A stretch of DNA of 64,000 nucleotides from an uncultured Pseudomonadota bacterium (GTDB taxonomy: Bacteria; Chloroflexota; UBA5177; JAJPKF01), in the NCBI GenBank assembly GCA_963836045.1, contig CAWIIC010000004.1, positions 77,283 to 141,282 of the forward strand, given 5' to 3'. A model generated the notes under the pieces. That model worked only from the letters and a program-made list of their open reading frames with translations, ran no database searches and was not told the origin of the DNA. The position numbers and the translations under genes are program-made. Numbering within the stretch: the stretch's first letter is position 1; every line of letters starts with the position of its first letter. Positions 17,963 through 27,399 of the stretch are shown piece by piece.

Positions 17963-19483
17963 TTGATCCCTTCCGACCTTCGCGAAGCCTCCATCACCCG
18001 GCTCCAGTCGATGCTGGCATCCGGAGAAGCTACTGCACAGGGATTAGCGCAGACCTTCCTTGACTCGATCGAGTCCATCGATCGTGCGGGGCCTGAATTG
18101 CGCTCGGTCATAGAGACCAACCGCGCAGTGATGGACATCGCCGCGAGTTTGGACGAGGAGCGGCGTCGTGGAAAGATTCGCGGACCTCTTCACGGCATTC
18201 CCATCCTGATCAAGGACAACATCGACACTTTCGATACGATGGCCACGACCGCGGGCTCCCTTGCACTCGTGGCGTCCCGCCCTAAAAAAGACGCGTTCGT
18301 CGTATCCCGGCTGCGACAGGCAGGAGCGGTCTTGCTGGGAAAGACAAATCTCAGCGAGTGGGCGAACTTCCGCTCGACTCACTCCTCGAGTGGCTGGAGC
18401 GGCCGCGGCGGACAGACTCGCAACCCCTATGTGCTTGACCGCTCTCCCTGCGGCTCGAGCTCCGGCTCGGCCGCGGCTATTGCCGCGGGTTTGGCTACCG
18501 CTTCGCTGGGAACAGAAACCGATGGCTCAATATTGTGCCCCGGCGGCTTTTGCGGAGTAGTCGGGATCAAACCAACGGTCGGTCTGACAAGTCGCTCGGG
18601 CGTGATCCCAATTTCCCATACGCAAGATACGGTCGGTCCGTTCGCCCGCTCGGTCTCCGACGCCGCTCTCGTCCTCGATGCCATCGCCGGCACCGACCCC
18701 GCGGATCCGGTGGAGGGGCAGCCTGTCCAGAGAGCATCCCGTAGCTACTCCACGTTTTTAGATCCAGCCGGCTTGAGGGGAGCGCGTATCGGCGTGCCGC
18801 GTAACGTCTTCTTCGGCTACAGCAGCAAAGCGGACGCGGTCGTGGAGAGGGCCATAGAAGCCCTGCGTGAGGGAGGAGCGGACATCATCGATCCGGCGGA
18901 CATAGCAACCGCCGAGGAGATGCAAAAGGGTGAAACCGAGTTCGAGATGATGTTGCACGAATTCAAGGCTGACTTGAATCTTTACCTCACGGGAAGACAG
19001 CCGTCCGAAAGTCCCCGGACATTGACGGACATCATCGCGTTCAATGAGAGCCACGCAGCCGAGGAGCTGAAGTTCTTCGGACAGGAGATCCTCATTCAGG
19101 CCGAGCAGAAGGGCCCGCTAACCGACTCTGCATACGTAGCCGCCCTCGCGGAGAACAAGCGTCTGTCCCGAACCGAAGGGATAGACAGGATTATGGACCA
19201 GCACGGGCTAGATGCGATGGTGATGCCCACGGCCGCTCCCGCATTCACTATCGACCTCGTAAACGGGGATCACTACGGTGGGGGAAGCTCCCAGCCGGCA
19301 GCGATGGCGGGATACCCGGCAATCACGGTGCCTGCCGGTTTCAGCTTCGACCTCCCGGTAGGCGTCACATTCACGGGTCGAGCCTACAGCGAGCCGGTAC
19401 TGATACGGCTGGCGTACGCTTATGAGCAGCTGACGCAAGAGCGGCGCCCACCTCGATTCCTGCCAACACTTCGGTTGGCCTGA
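17963..19483 (+). CDS. Amidase (amidase-signature family)
   Basis: 506 aa. Contains GGSSSGSAAAIAAGLATASLGTETDGSILCP and IKDNID, the AS-family catalytic region. Confidence 0.9.
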   Translation: MIPSDLREASITRLQSMLASGEATAQGLAQTFLDSIESIDRAGPELRSVIETNRAVMDIAASLDEERRRGKIRGPLHGIPILIKDNIDTFDTMATTAGSLALVASRPKKDAFVVSRLRQAGAVLLGKTNLSEWANFRSTHSSSGWSGRGGQTRNPYVLDRSPCGSSSGSAAAIAAGLATASLGTETDGSILCPGGFCGVVGIKPTVGLTSRSGVIPISHTQDTVGPFARSVSDAALVLDAIAGTDPADPVEGQPVQRASRSYSTFLDPAGLRGARIGVPRNVFFGYSSKADAVVERAIEALREGGADIIDPADIATAEEMQKGETEFEMMLHEFKADLNLYLTGRQPSESPRTLTDIIAFNESHAAEELKFFGQEILIQAEQKGPLTDSAYVAALAENKRLSRTEGIDRIMDQHGLDAMVMPTAAPAFTIDLVNGDHYGGGSSQPAAMAGYPAITVPAGFSFDLPVGVTFTGRAYSEPVLIRLAYAYEQLTQERRPPRFLPTLRLA

Positions 19484-19666
19484 TTGACTGCTGCACCCTG
19501 CCAACCCCTGGTAGCACATCTTGACGATGGCGCTTCCTCGTCCTTGCCCACATGTTGATTAGCGTATGAAGTCGACGAGCATCGAGAAGCACCCCCCATA
19601 TGTGGAACCAGAAGCTGGTGCTGACTGCCTGTTCGGCGAGAGGCTCTTCAAAGCAAGGATGATCCG

Positions 19667-20626
19667 GTGATGAAAGCGATCGAAGACAGACGTGACGGGA
19701 ACCGCGGCGTTGCCCGCCGATACCAGCGAAGTCCGTCCCGTGTCCGGCAACCTCACGTACGACTGTTTCAGTGTCTTATCGAAGTCCCCGGCCTACGTAT
19801 TGAGCCGGAGGCGCATCTAGACATTGCCGGTTGGACTCTGTCGCAGAACCGTGAGATTGACCACATCGAGGAGACCGAGGCGTCAAGTGGGGTACCGTGC
19901 TGGGCTGGTGGCCAGATCCTTGCTCGGCCGGGATGTGTCGAGCAGTCAGGGCGAAGCTGGGTTGACCACATGATGATGAACGTGCTCCGCCTGTTCCTGG
20001 ACCCACCGCCTGACGATCCATGGACACAGGCTCTCTCGGCCGGCGAAGCGGGTGCATTTTTCTTTACCTCGGCAGGAACGAATGAATGGAAATCTGGGGG
20101 CGATGGTCCTGGCCCATCGGCCCGGCCGACCATCACCGCCGGCATCGCCGTGCAGTTGGAGTCCTCGGATGCATTCCGTCGAGCAAGTCAGATTCTCGGC
20201 GACAATCACGCTACTCCGCTGCAGAAAGGCATCATGCTGGCAATTTTGCAGTGGGGCGAGACCACACGGGTCGGCCCACGAGAGATTCAGCTACGCAGCT
20301 TCCTTTCGGTTCTCGACTGTCTATTCGATCTAGAGAGCCATGAGGATGGCCTCGATCTGGCTGCCAGGCTCATCTGCCGGAGGGAGCAGGACTCTCTCCG
20401 AGTGGAGAGAGTCAAGGAGAGTCTGGACGAGCTCTATATCGTCAGAGACCGGATTTTACACGACGGCTGCGCCTGCAATTCTGTTGCTCCATCGGTGCTT
20501 CGAGCTGGGGACCTGTACACAGCCCGGCACTTTACGCGTCACGCCATCATAAATGCGTTGCTGTTCCACTATGACACCCACAGCAAGCGCGATCTGGTGA
20601 GAGAGTTGAAGGAAGTCGCCGGCTAA
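19667..20626 (+). CDS. Hypothetical protein with a C-terminal HEPN-like helical domain (tentative)
   Basis: The C-terminal ~130 aa look helical and contain ELYIVRDRILHDG, which fits the R-x4-H HEPN signature. The first ~100 codons are of doubtful coding quality. The start may be the MMM codon cluster near 19970. Confidence 0.4.
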   Translation: MMKAIEDRRDGNRGVARRYQRSPSRVRQPHVRLFQCLIEVPGLRIEPEAHLDIAGWTLSQNREIDHIEETEASSGVPCWAGGQILARPGCVEQSGRSWVDHMMMNVLRLFLDPPPDDPWTQALSAGEAGAFFFTSAGTNEWKSGGDGPGPSARPTITAGIAVQLESSDAFRRASQILGDNHATPLQKGIMLAILQWGETTRVGPREIQLRSFLSVLDCLFDLESHEDGLDLAARLICRREQDSLRVERVKESLDELYIVRDRILHDGCACNSVAPSVLRAGDLYTARHFTRHAIINALLFHYDTHSKRDLVRELKEVAG

Positions 20627-20889
20627 CCTTCTGTCATCAATTTTTCACGGTCCGGCATGCATGATGAGATGTATGCCGACCGAGACTGTTGACAAAATCG
20701 GGTCCGTGCCAAAGAATAGTGGCGGACCCACCGGCACTCGTGGTTCGCGTGTCTGAGTGCCGTAGCTTCGTTATTGGGTTCGACAGTTGAGCTCAACACG
20801 AAGAGGAGGTGCAACTCGCCCGAGGATCGCTGAACCATCGAGCTCAATCTCATTCGTATTGCCGATTTTAGTTAAGGAGTACTGAAAGT

Positions 20890-21960
20890 ATGAAGAAGTT
20901 TCGCCTTGCGATCGCTGCGGTAGCAACTGCCAGCCTCGTCGGCTCGACGTTGCTGATGGCCGGCCCGATCAGTGCCCGCACGCTATCCCATAAGCATGCC
21001 GCCAAGAAAATCACCGTGGGTCTGGTCACCGACAAGGGCGGTCTCAACGACAAGTCGTTCAACCACCTTGCCGATGTAGGACTCACGAAGGCCGTAAGTA
21101 AGCTTGGTGTTTCAGGCTCGGTCCTTCAGTCGCACACGGCCGCTGACTACGAGCCGAATCTCACCGCCTTCGCCAAACAGAAGAAAAGTCTCATCATCGC
21201 CGTCGGGTTCCTGATGGAGCAGGCGATATACAACGTCGCCAAAGCGTATCCGAAGGAGAAGTTTGCCATCGTCGACGGTGCACCCGCCAACTCGAGCGGT
21301 AACAACGTCAACCTGAAGAACGTCGCCAATCTCTTCTTCAAGCCCGAGGAGTCCGGCTATCTCGTCGGCGTTATAGCGGGACTGCTGGAGAAGAAGCACC
21401 TGGCTCCAAACTACAAGAAGAACACCATCGGGTCGATCGCCGGAGCCAACTTCCTGGCCGTCACCGCCTACAACTGTGGCTATCAGGAAGGCGCCAAGTC
21501 AGTTGACAAGAAGATTCACGTTCTGATCAACTTCGACGACGGTACGTTCCAGAACACCCAAAACGCCAAGGCTATCGGCCAGCAGCAGATCAGCAAGGGC
21601 GCCGGCATCCTCTTCCAGGTCGACGGTGGAGCTGGACTGGGCTACCTCCAGGCGGCACAGGCAGGACATGTCTGGGGTATCGGCGTAGATGCCAACCAGA
21701 ACTATCTGGGCAAGTACATGATCACCAGTGCCCTCAAGAAGGTCGACCAGGCCGTCTACCAGACCATCCAGAGGGTATCGACAGGCAAGTTCAAGGGCGG
21801 AAACAACGTCTTCTCGCTCAAGAACGGAGCCACCGGCTTCGCTACCGCGCAGATGCACCACGTCCCGGCCAGCATCGTCAAGTACGCCAAGAGCGTGGAA
21901 ACCAAGATCAAGGCAGGCAAGATCAAGGTCAACCCCACCTGCAAGCTGGGCATCAGCTAA
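20890..21960 (+). CDS. BMP-family (Med/PnrA-like) ABC transporter substrate-binding protein
   Basis: 356 aa. Signal peptide, then VGLVTDKGGLNDKSFN, IAVGF, the GIGVD-type motif WGIGVDANQ. TAAGGAG RBS upstream. Confidence 0.9.
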   Translation: MKKFRLAIAAVATASLVGSTLLMAGPISARTLSHKHAAKKITVGLVTDKGGLNDKSFNHLADVGLTKAVSKLGVSGSVLQSHTAADYEPNLTAFAKQKKSLIIAVGFLMEQAIYNVAKAYPKEKFAIVDGAPANSSGNNVNLKNVANLFFKPEESGYLVGVIAGLLEKKHLAPNYKKNTIGSIAGANFLAVTAYNCGYQEGAKSVDKKIHVLINFDDGTFQNTQNAKAIGQQQISKGAGILFQVDGGAGLGYLQAAQAGHVWGIGVDANQNYLGKYMITSALKKVDQAVYQTIQRVSTGKFKGGNNVFSLKNGATGFATAQMHHVPASIVKYAKSVETKIKAGKIKVNPTCKLGIS

Positions 21961-21980
21961 CCCATCTAAAGCGTCTCTAA

Positions 21981-22016
21981 AAAAGGAGGGCGGGCAGTCT
22001 GGCCCGTCCTCCTTTT
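21981..22016. terminator. Bidirectional intrinsic terminator between the convergent SBP gene and ABC ATPase gene
   Basis: aaaaggagggcgggc agtct ggcccgtcctcctttt. A 15 bp stem with one mismatch, A-run on one side and T-run on the other. Confidence 0.7.
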
Positions 22017-22073
22017 CATATTGCGTAGTGTGACGGTATCTGCCGCTTTGCTGCTGAGGAGCAGCAGGCACGG

Positions 22074-23675
22074 CTACTCGGGTTCGGCGTCGAGCGCCGG
22101 AGCGTGCAGGTCGATGGCCTGCTCCTTCGCCTTCTCCTCACCACCGGTCATCAGCAGACCCAGTTGATTCTCATCTACTTCGCCGGCGTTGTAGATGGCC
22201 ATGATTTGGCCCTCGTAGATCACCGCGATCCTATCCGACAACTCCATGATCTCGTCCATCTCCGCGGACACCAAAAGCACCGCGGCCCCCTGGTCTCGCT
22301 GCTCGACCAGCCTCTCATGGACGAACTGCGCGGCGCCCACGTCAAGACCACGAGTGGGCTGAGAGGCGATTAAGAATCTCGGCCTCTCAGAAAACTCTCG
22401 CGCAAGCACCACTTTCTGCTGATTCCCCCCACTCAGTGTTCCCACAGGTACGTCGGCTCGTGGTGGGCGAATGTCGTATTTCGGGATCAGATCCCGAGCG
22501 TTCTTCGCTACCGCACTTGTGTCAAGCACCCCCATATGCGAAAACGGAGACTTGTCCTCGACCCCAAAGACCAGGTTGTCGGCGACCGAGTAAGGAAGAA
22601 TTAACCCGCGCGCCCTTCTGTCCTCGGGGATATATCCAACCCCGAGATGCTTGATCCTCCTTGGGGTCAAGTTGGTGAGGGATACCTCTCGCGAACCATC
22701 CTGATACAACAGGACCTGACCCGAGCTAAGCGGCCGCAGTCCAGTCAGCACCTCAACCAGCTCCGACTGCCCGTTCCCCTCCACGCCGGCGATACCGAGA
22801 ATTTCTCCTGCTTTGACGTCGAAGCTCACGCCTCTCAAAGCCTCAATCTCGCGGTCGGACTGACAGCGAACGTCACGCACTTCGATCACCGGGCCTGCCA
22901 AATGAGGCGAGTCCTTATGCACGCTCGGCAGCACGTCGCGTCCGATCATCAGCCTGGCAATCTCGGCCGGATTCGTGTCAGCAGTGATCAAGTTGCCCAC
23001 GACCTTTCCCAGACGAAGGACGGTGATGCGATCGGAAATAGCCATGACTTCTTTGAGCTTGTGCGTGATGAAAATGATGGTCTTGCCCTGACTGGCCAGA
23101 TCGCGCAGCACCACAAAAAGCTCGTTGGTTTCCTGGGGTGTGAGAACCGCGGTTGGCTCATCAAAAATCAAGATATCCGAACCGCGATACAAGAGTTTGA
23201 GGATTTCGACCCGTTGCTGCAGCCCGACGGGGAGAGTCTCTACACGGTCGTTGGGATCCAGCTTCAGGCCATACTGCTCCGACAGGCGCGCAACTTCACG
23301 CTTCGCTTCCTTGGCATTGAACAGGATGGGACTGTCGGGCTCCTGGCCGAGAACCACGTTCTCCGCCACGGTAAAGACGGGAATGAGCATGAAGTGCTGG
23401 TGTACCATGCCGATGCCTGCCGCTATCGAGCCGCGTGGGCTCGAGAACCGCACCCGCCGACCGTCGAGCAGAATCTCCCCTTCTTCCGGTTGGAGAAGAC
23501 CTGAAAGTACATTCATCAGTGTCGATTTGCCGGCCCCGTTCTCGCCGACGAGCGCCAAGACCTCGCCTCGATAGGCGGCTAGGTCGACGTGGTCGTTGGC
23601 GACGAGCGATCCAAAGCGCTTGGTGATGGCGTGGGCTGCGATAGACGGAACGGAAGCCGCCGCTGAACTAGGCAC
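22074..23675 (-). CDS. ABC transporter ATP-binding protein with duplicated ATPase domains (sugar/nucleoside type)
   Basis: 533 aa. Walker A GENGAGKST, two LSGG-type signatures (LPVGLQQR and LSGGNQQK), Walker B ILIFDEPT and LIASQPT. Confidence 0.92.
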   Translation of the reverse strand: MPSSAAASVPSIAAHAITKRFGSLVANDHVDLAAYRGEVLALVGENGAGKSTLMNVLSGLLQPEEGEILLDGRRVRFSSPRGSIAAGIGMVHQHFMLIPVFTVAENVVLGQEPDSPILFNAKEAKREVARLSEQYGLKLDPNDRVETLPVGLQQRVEILKLLYRGSDILIFDEPTAVLTPQETNELFVVLRDLASQGKTIIFITHKLKEVMAISDRITVLRLGKVVGNLITADTNPAEIARLMIGRDVLPSVHKDSPHLAGPVIEVRDVRCQSDREIEALRGVSFDVKAGEILGIAGVEGNGQSELVEVLTGLRPLSSGQVLLYQDGSREVSLTNLTPRRIKHLGVGYIPEDRRARGLILPYSVADNLVFGVEDKSPFSHMGVLDTSAVAKNARDLIPKYDIRPPRADVPVGTLSGGNQQKVVLAREFSERPRFLIASQPTRGLDVGAAQFVHERLVEQRDQGAAVLLVSAEMDEIMELSDRIAVIYEGQIMAIYNAGEVDENQLGLLMTGGEEKAKEQAIDLHAPALDAEPE

Positions 23676-24703
23676 TTTCAGCCGGATCGTACGGGATTCC
23701 GTCGGCAGCAGGGGGAGTCGAGCGCCCGATCAAGCCGGCGACTGCCACGATTGTCAGCAGGTACGGCAGCATGGCCACCAGATACGTAGACACTTCGTAC
23801 GTGCCGATTGTGGTGCCGGCAAGCGTGATCGCCAGAGCCTGTCCGAAGCCGAACAGCAAACAAGCACCCATCGCGCCAAAAGGTGTCCATTTACCCACGA
23901 TCATAGCCGCGAGGGCGATGAAGCCGCGGCCGCCCGTCATGTTGTCGCTAAACAGCCCGTGCGGACCATTGAGCGCGAGGTAGGCACCAGCGAGACCCGA
24001 CAAAGCGCCCGACATAATGACTGCCATGTACCGCAGTCGTTGGACGTTGATACCAGCAGTATCAGACGCCCGCGGATGCTCCCCCACGGACCTGATCCGA
24101 AGACCCAGGGTCGTTCGGAACAGGAAGAAGTGCGCCGCAATCACCGATGCGAAGGCCGCGTATACCAGAGGATTTAGCTGAAACAGGATTGGCCCGAGAG
24201 CCAGAAACTGAATGTTGCTTAAGACGGGAATGCTGACGTTGGGGATTCCAGCCAGACTCGCTGGAGTTCCTTGAGACCCGTAAAGCGTGTAAAAGAGGTA
24301 GCTTGTAAGGCCCAACGCCAGTAGGTTGATGGCAATACCGCTGACCACCTGATTAGCCTGATATCGGATGCAGGCCCACGCATGGAGCCAGGCCATCAGG
24401 CTGCCCGCTACTACCGCCCCTAAGATTCCGATCAAAGCGGCGATGAGGCGGTGAAACATGAAGCAGTGATGCTGCTTTGTCCGCCGTGTACGCGCTGAAG
24501 AAGCAGGCGACCAACATCATGCCTTCCATCGCCACGTTGACCACACCCGACCGCTCCGATATTGTGCCGCCGACCGCGGCCAAGATCAGGGGCGCCGAAA
24601 ATGCCAGCGTGGTCTGCCACAGAAGCGGCTGTCGCAGCGTATTCCAGACCCCAAGACTCCAGAATCCGCTGGCGACGACCAGCAGCTGGCTCGATACGTT
24701 CAT
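23668..24703 (-). pseudogene. ABC transporter permease (BMP-system, second permease), frameshifted as assembled
   Basis: The N-terminal 116 aa ORF (24353-24703) is sensible up to ...[12 protein letters not shown]. The rest of the permease ([14 protein letters not shown]...[17 protein letters not shown]...) continues in ORF 23668-24459. The switch lies near 24440-24480. Confidence 0.8.
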
Positions 24704-25977
24704 ATTCCCGCTCGCTCCGCCGGGACGTCGGTTTCGGGCTTCGGGGTGATAAATCGAGTCAGGCTGTAACCCCGCAGTCCTAGATGACGGACAAGCGCCT
24801 CGGCTCCGATGAAGAAGATGATCAGACCCTCGATGATCTGAATAATATGAGTGTCAATATTGGCGCTGGCCTGCATATTAGTCTGACCGTGGCCAAGCGC
24901 CCCAAAGAGTATGGCGGCGAGGATCGCGCCCAGGGCGGTGTTCTTTCCTAGAAGTGCTACGGCGATGGCATCGAACCCATACGTATAGTTATCGAACGTA
25001 TCCGTGAGATTGCCGCCCACGCCAAACACGTATGACACCCCCGCTAGCCCGGCGAAGGCGCCGGAGATAACCAGAGTGAGCACGATGGTGCGGTTGACGT
25101 TAATTCCGGCATATCGAGCTGCTTTGATGTTAAAGCCGGTGGCCCGAATCCCGTAGCCCAAGGTGGTGCGGGACAGTATAAACCAGAACACGAGGCCACA
25201 AAACAGGGCCAGCAGAAACGCCACACTGAGCTGCGCTCCCGGGACCAGCGAGCTGGGGAGAATGATCGGGAACGTAACATTTACGTTTCGCGATGTTGGA
25301 TTTCCCGCCAGTGGCCCCTGCATGGGCCCCGGTGCGCCGGTGATCGAGTTGATGAGGAGATAGTGCATGAGATTTAGCGCGACGTAATTGAGCATCATCG
25401 TAGTGATGACTTCATGCGCGCCGCGGTATGCTTTGAGCAGCCCGGGAACCAGGCCCCAGAATCCGCCCGCTACGGCTCCGACGACAATGCAGACAGGCAG
25501 TAGGATCCATCCCGGCCAGTTCAAGGTGTATCCGACGAATGTTGAGGCTATGGCTCCGACATATAACTGACCCTCGGCGCCGATGTTGAACAGCCCACCC
25601 CGGAAGGCGAAGGCGACCGCGAACGCGGCGAACATGAGTGGGGTCGAGTAGACGAGAGTCTCCTGAATGTCGTAAGGGGTGCCGACGGCGCCAACCAACA
25701 AGTCCCAATACCCCTGAAGGGGCTGGGTCAGGCTCTTGAGCGCGATGGCCATGACGACAAAGCCCACAATCAATGCAAGCAGGATGGCGCCGAGGGGCAC
25801 CGCCAGCTCGCTCAGGCCGAGCCACGACTTCTTCGCCCCTCGTGGAGTCTGCGGCGGTGGAGGTGGTGCTTGGGAAGCAACTGGTGTCTTCGTGGTCTCC
25901 GTCAAAGGGCTCTCTCCGGCATGCTCGGCTCCTCTCCCACTGACCACCCGCCCTATTCTGAATGAACTATACCCCAA
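24700..25977 (-). CDS. ABC transporter permease (BMP-system, first permease)
   Basis: 425 aa with multiple TM segments and [12 protein letters not shown], typical of this permease family. It has a Pro-rich N-terminal extension, so the true start is uncertain. Confidence 0.85.
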   Translation of the reverse strand: MGYSSFRIGRVVSGRGAEHAGESPLTETTKTPVASQAPPPPPQTPRGAKKSWLGLSELAVPLGAILLALIVGFVVMAIALKSLTQPLQGYWDLLVGAVGTPYDIQETLVYSTPLMFAAFAVAFAFRGGLFNIGAEGQLYVGAIASTFVGYTLNWPGWILLPVCIVVGAVAGGFWGLVPGLLKAYRGAHEVITTMMLNYVALNLMHYLLINSITGAPGPMQGPLAGNPTSRNVNVTFPIILPSSLVPGAQLSVAFLLALFCGLVFWFILSRTTLGYGIRATGFNIKAARYAGINVNRTIVLTLVISGAFAGLAGVSYVFGVGGNLTDTFDNYTYGFDAIAVALLGKNTALGAILAAILFGALGHGQTNMQASANIDTHIIQIIEGLIIFFIGAEALVRHLGLRGYSLTRFITPKPETDVPAERAGI

Positions 25978-26167
25978 TCCAGCGGCCTGACGGCAACTTG
26001 TAGGGATCGGTAGCCACAGACCTCGAAAACACCGAGCTGTCTACGCGAAGCTAGCGGAATAATGACAGACCCGGGGAGGGATTCTGCTAGAGCGAGATGT
26101 TGGCAGCGGCCTGCTCGAGCATCCTTGATGTCCGCTGGGCCTGCAGACCGGTGTATACTTCACCAAG

Positions 26168-26218
26168 ATGAGCCGGAATTCTACCTATTGGTATTGGCTG
26201 AGCGTGGGCATGGCGTGA
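26168..26218 (+). promoter_or_regulatory. Candidate leader peptide MSRNSTYWYWLSVGMA (Tyr-Trp-Tyr-Trp) of the aromatic amino acid operon
   Basis: Read directly: ATG AGC CGG AAT TCT ACC TAT TGG TAT TGG CTG AGC GTG GGC ATG GCG TGA. There is no Shine-Dalgarno site. A TATACT -10-like hexamer at 26154-26159 would place the transcription start at or next to the ATG, giving a leaderless message. Confidence 0.42.
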
Positions 26219-26257
26219 CGAGCCCGATCTGAGGCTCGGACCTCACGTTCTGCCCGT

Positions 26258-26291
26258 AACCAGAGACATGAGTGTCTCTGGTTTTTTGTTT
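26258..26291 (+). terminator. Intrinsic terminator (attenuator) between the leader peptide and aroF
   Basis: aaccagagac atgagt gtctctggtt followed by ttttgttt. A perfect 10 bp stem plus a U-run on the plus strand. There is no upstream plus-strand gene for it to terminate. Confidence 0.72.
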
Positions 26292-26325
26292 ACTTAAGCC
26301 CGGCCGACTATCAATGGAGCACATA

Positions 26326-27399
26326 ATGGCAGCAGTGGAGAGCAGAGACATGATCATCGTGATGCAGAGAAACGCCAGCCAGCAGCATGTCGAGAATGTG
26401 ATTTCTCACGTTCACGACATGGGTTACCGAGCCCATGTCTCCCAAGGAGAGGAAACGGTAATTATCGGCGTCATCGGGCATAGTCGTCCCGATCAGCTTC
26501 ATCCGCTGGCTGATCTGCCAGGAGTCGACCACATGGTGCCCGTCACCAAGCCCTACAAGCTGGCCAGCCGCGACTTCAGCCCCCTCAACAGCCTCATCCA
26601 GGTAGGGGACGTCACGTTTGGTACTGAGGAAGTCGTGGTGATGGCAGGCCCGTGCGCCGTCGAGAAAGAAGATCTCCTGTTCGAGATAGCTCACAAAGTT
26701 AAGGCCGAAGGCGTTCAGATCTTGCGGGGAGGCGCCTTCAAACCAAGGTCATCGCCCTACAGCTTTCAGGGTTTGGGTAAACGTGGGCTCGAGATGCTGG
26801 ACGCGGTCCGGCGGGAAACAGGGTTACAAATCGTCTCCGAGGTCTTGTCTGAGGATCAGGTTGACCTAGTTTGCCGTCACGTCGACATTCTGCAGATCGG
26901 AACTCGCAACATGCAGAACTTTGCTTTGCTGCAGGCCGCCGGCAGGAGCGGCCATCCCGTTCTCCTCAAGCGAGGAATGAGCGCTACCCTCGAGGAATTC
27001 TTACAAGCGGCCGAGTACATCCTGGCCAACAACAATCCCAACGTCATCTTGTGCGAACGCGGCATCCGCACCTTTGAAACGGCGACCCGCAACACATTGG
27101 ATATTAGTGCTGTCCCAGTACTGAAGGACCTCACCCACCTGCCAATCGTGATCGATCCGAGTCAAGCTACCGGAAAGTGGAGCTATGTTGGCCCGGTCGC
27201 CCGGGCCGCCGTCGCGGCTGGGGCGGATGGTTTGCTGGTCGAAGTGCATTCGCGGCCTGCGGAAGCACTGTCCGACGGGGCACAGTCACTCAAAATCAGT
27301 CGATTCCACGATCTCATGATCGAGCTGCGCGCGATCGCGAAGGCGATCGGCCGCTCAGTGCCGGCCTCATGCGAACCGGTATCGTCGGCCTCGGCCTGA
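26326..27399 (+). CDS. aroF: 3-deoxy-7-phosphoheptulonate (DAHP) synthase, type I-beta, with an N-terminal ferredoxin-like/ACT-like regulatory domain
   Basis: MIIVMQRNASQQHVENVISHVHDMGY regulatory domain, then GPCAVE, LRGGAFKPRSSPYSFQGLG, KRG, DPSQATG. The start is placed at ATG 26326 (GGAG 5 nt upstream). ATG 26314 is an alternative. The ORF-track start at 26272 lies inside the terminator. Confidence 0.9.
   Translation: MAAVESRDMIIVMQRNASQQHVENVISHVHDMGYRAHVSQGEETVIIGVIGHSRPDQLHPLADLPGVDHMVPVTKPYKLASRDFSPLNSLIQVGDVTFGTEEVVVMAGPCAVEKEDLLFEIAHKVKAEGVQILRGGAFKPRSSPYSFQGLGKRGLEMLDAVRRETGLQIVSEVLSEDQVDLVCRHVDILQIGTRNMQNFALLQAAGRSGHPVLLKRGMSATLEEFLQAAEYILANNNPNVILCERGIRTFETATRNTLDISAVPVLKDLTHLPIVIDPSQATGKWSYVGPVARAAVAAGADGLLVEVHSRPAEALSDGAQSLKISRFHDLMIELRAIAKAIGRSVPASCEPVSSASA

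Noticed and set aside
22647-23504. A 285-aa plus-strand ORF inside the ABC ATPase gene. Similar antisense ORFs occur at 27183-28393, 51387-52295 and 28774-29457.
   Set aside because: Each lies opposite a gene with unambiguous family motifs, and the translations have no recognisable features.
26041-26313. A T-box riboswitch or TRAP-binding (G/U)AG repeat leader upstream of aroF.
   Set aside because: I found no T-box consensus sequence or specifier-loop layout. There are only two or three scattered GAG/TAG triplets, not the 9-11 regularly spaced ones needed for TRAP. The leader-peptide model fits better.
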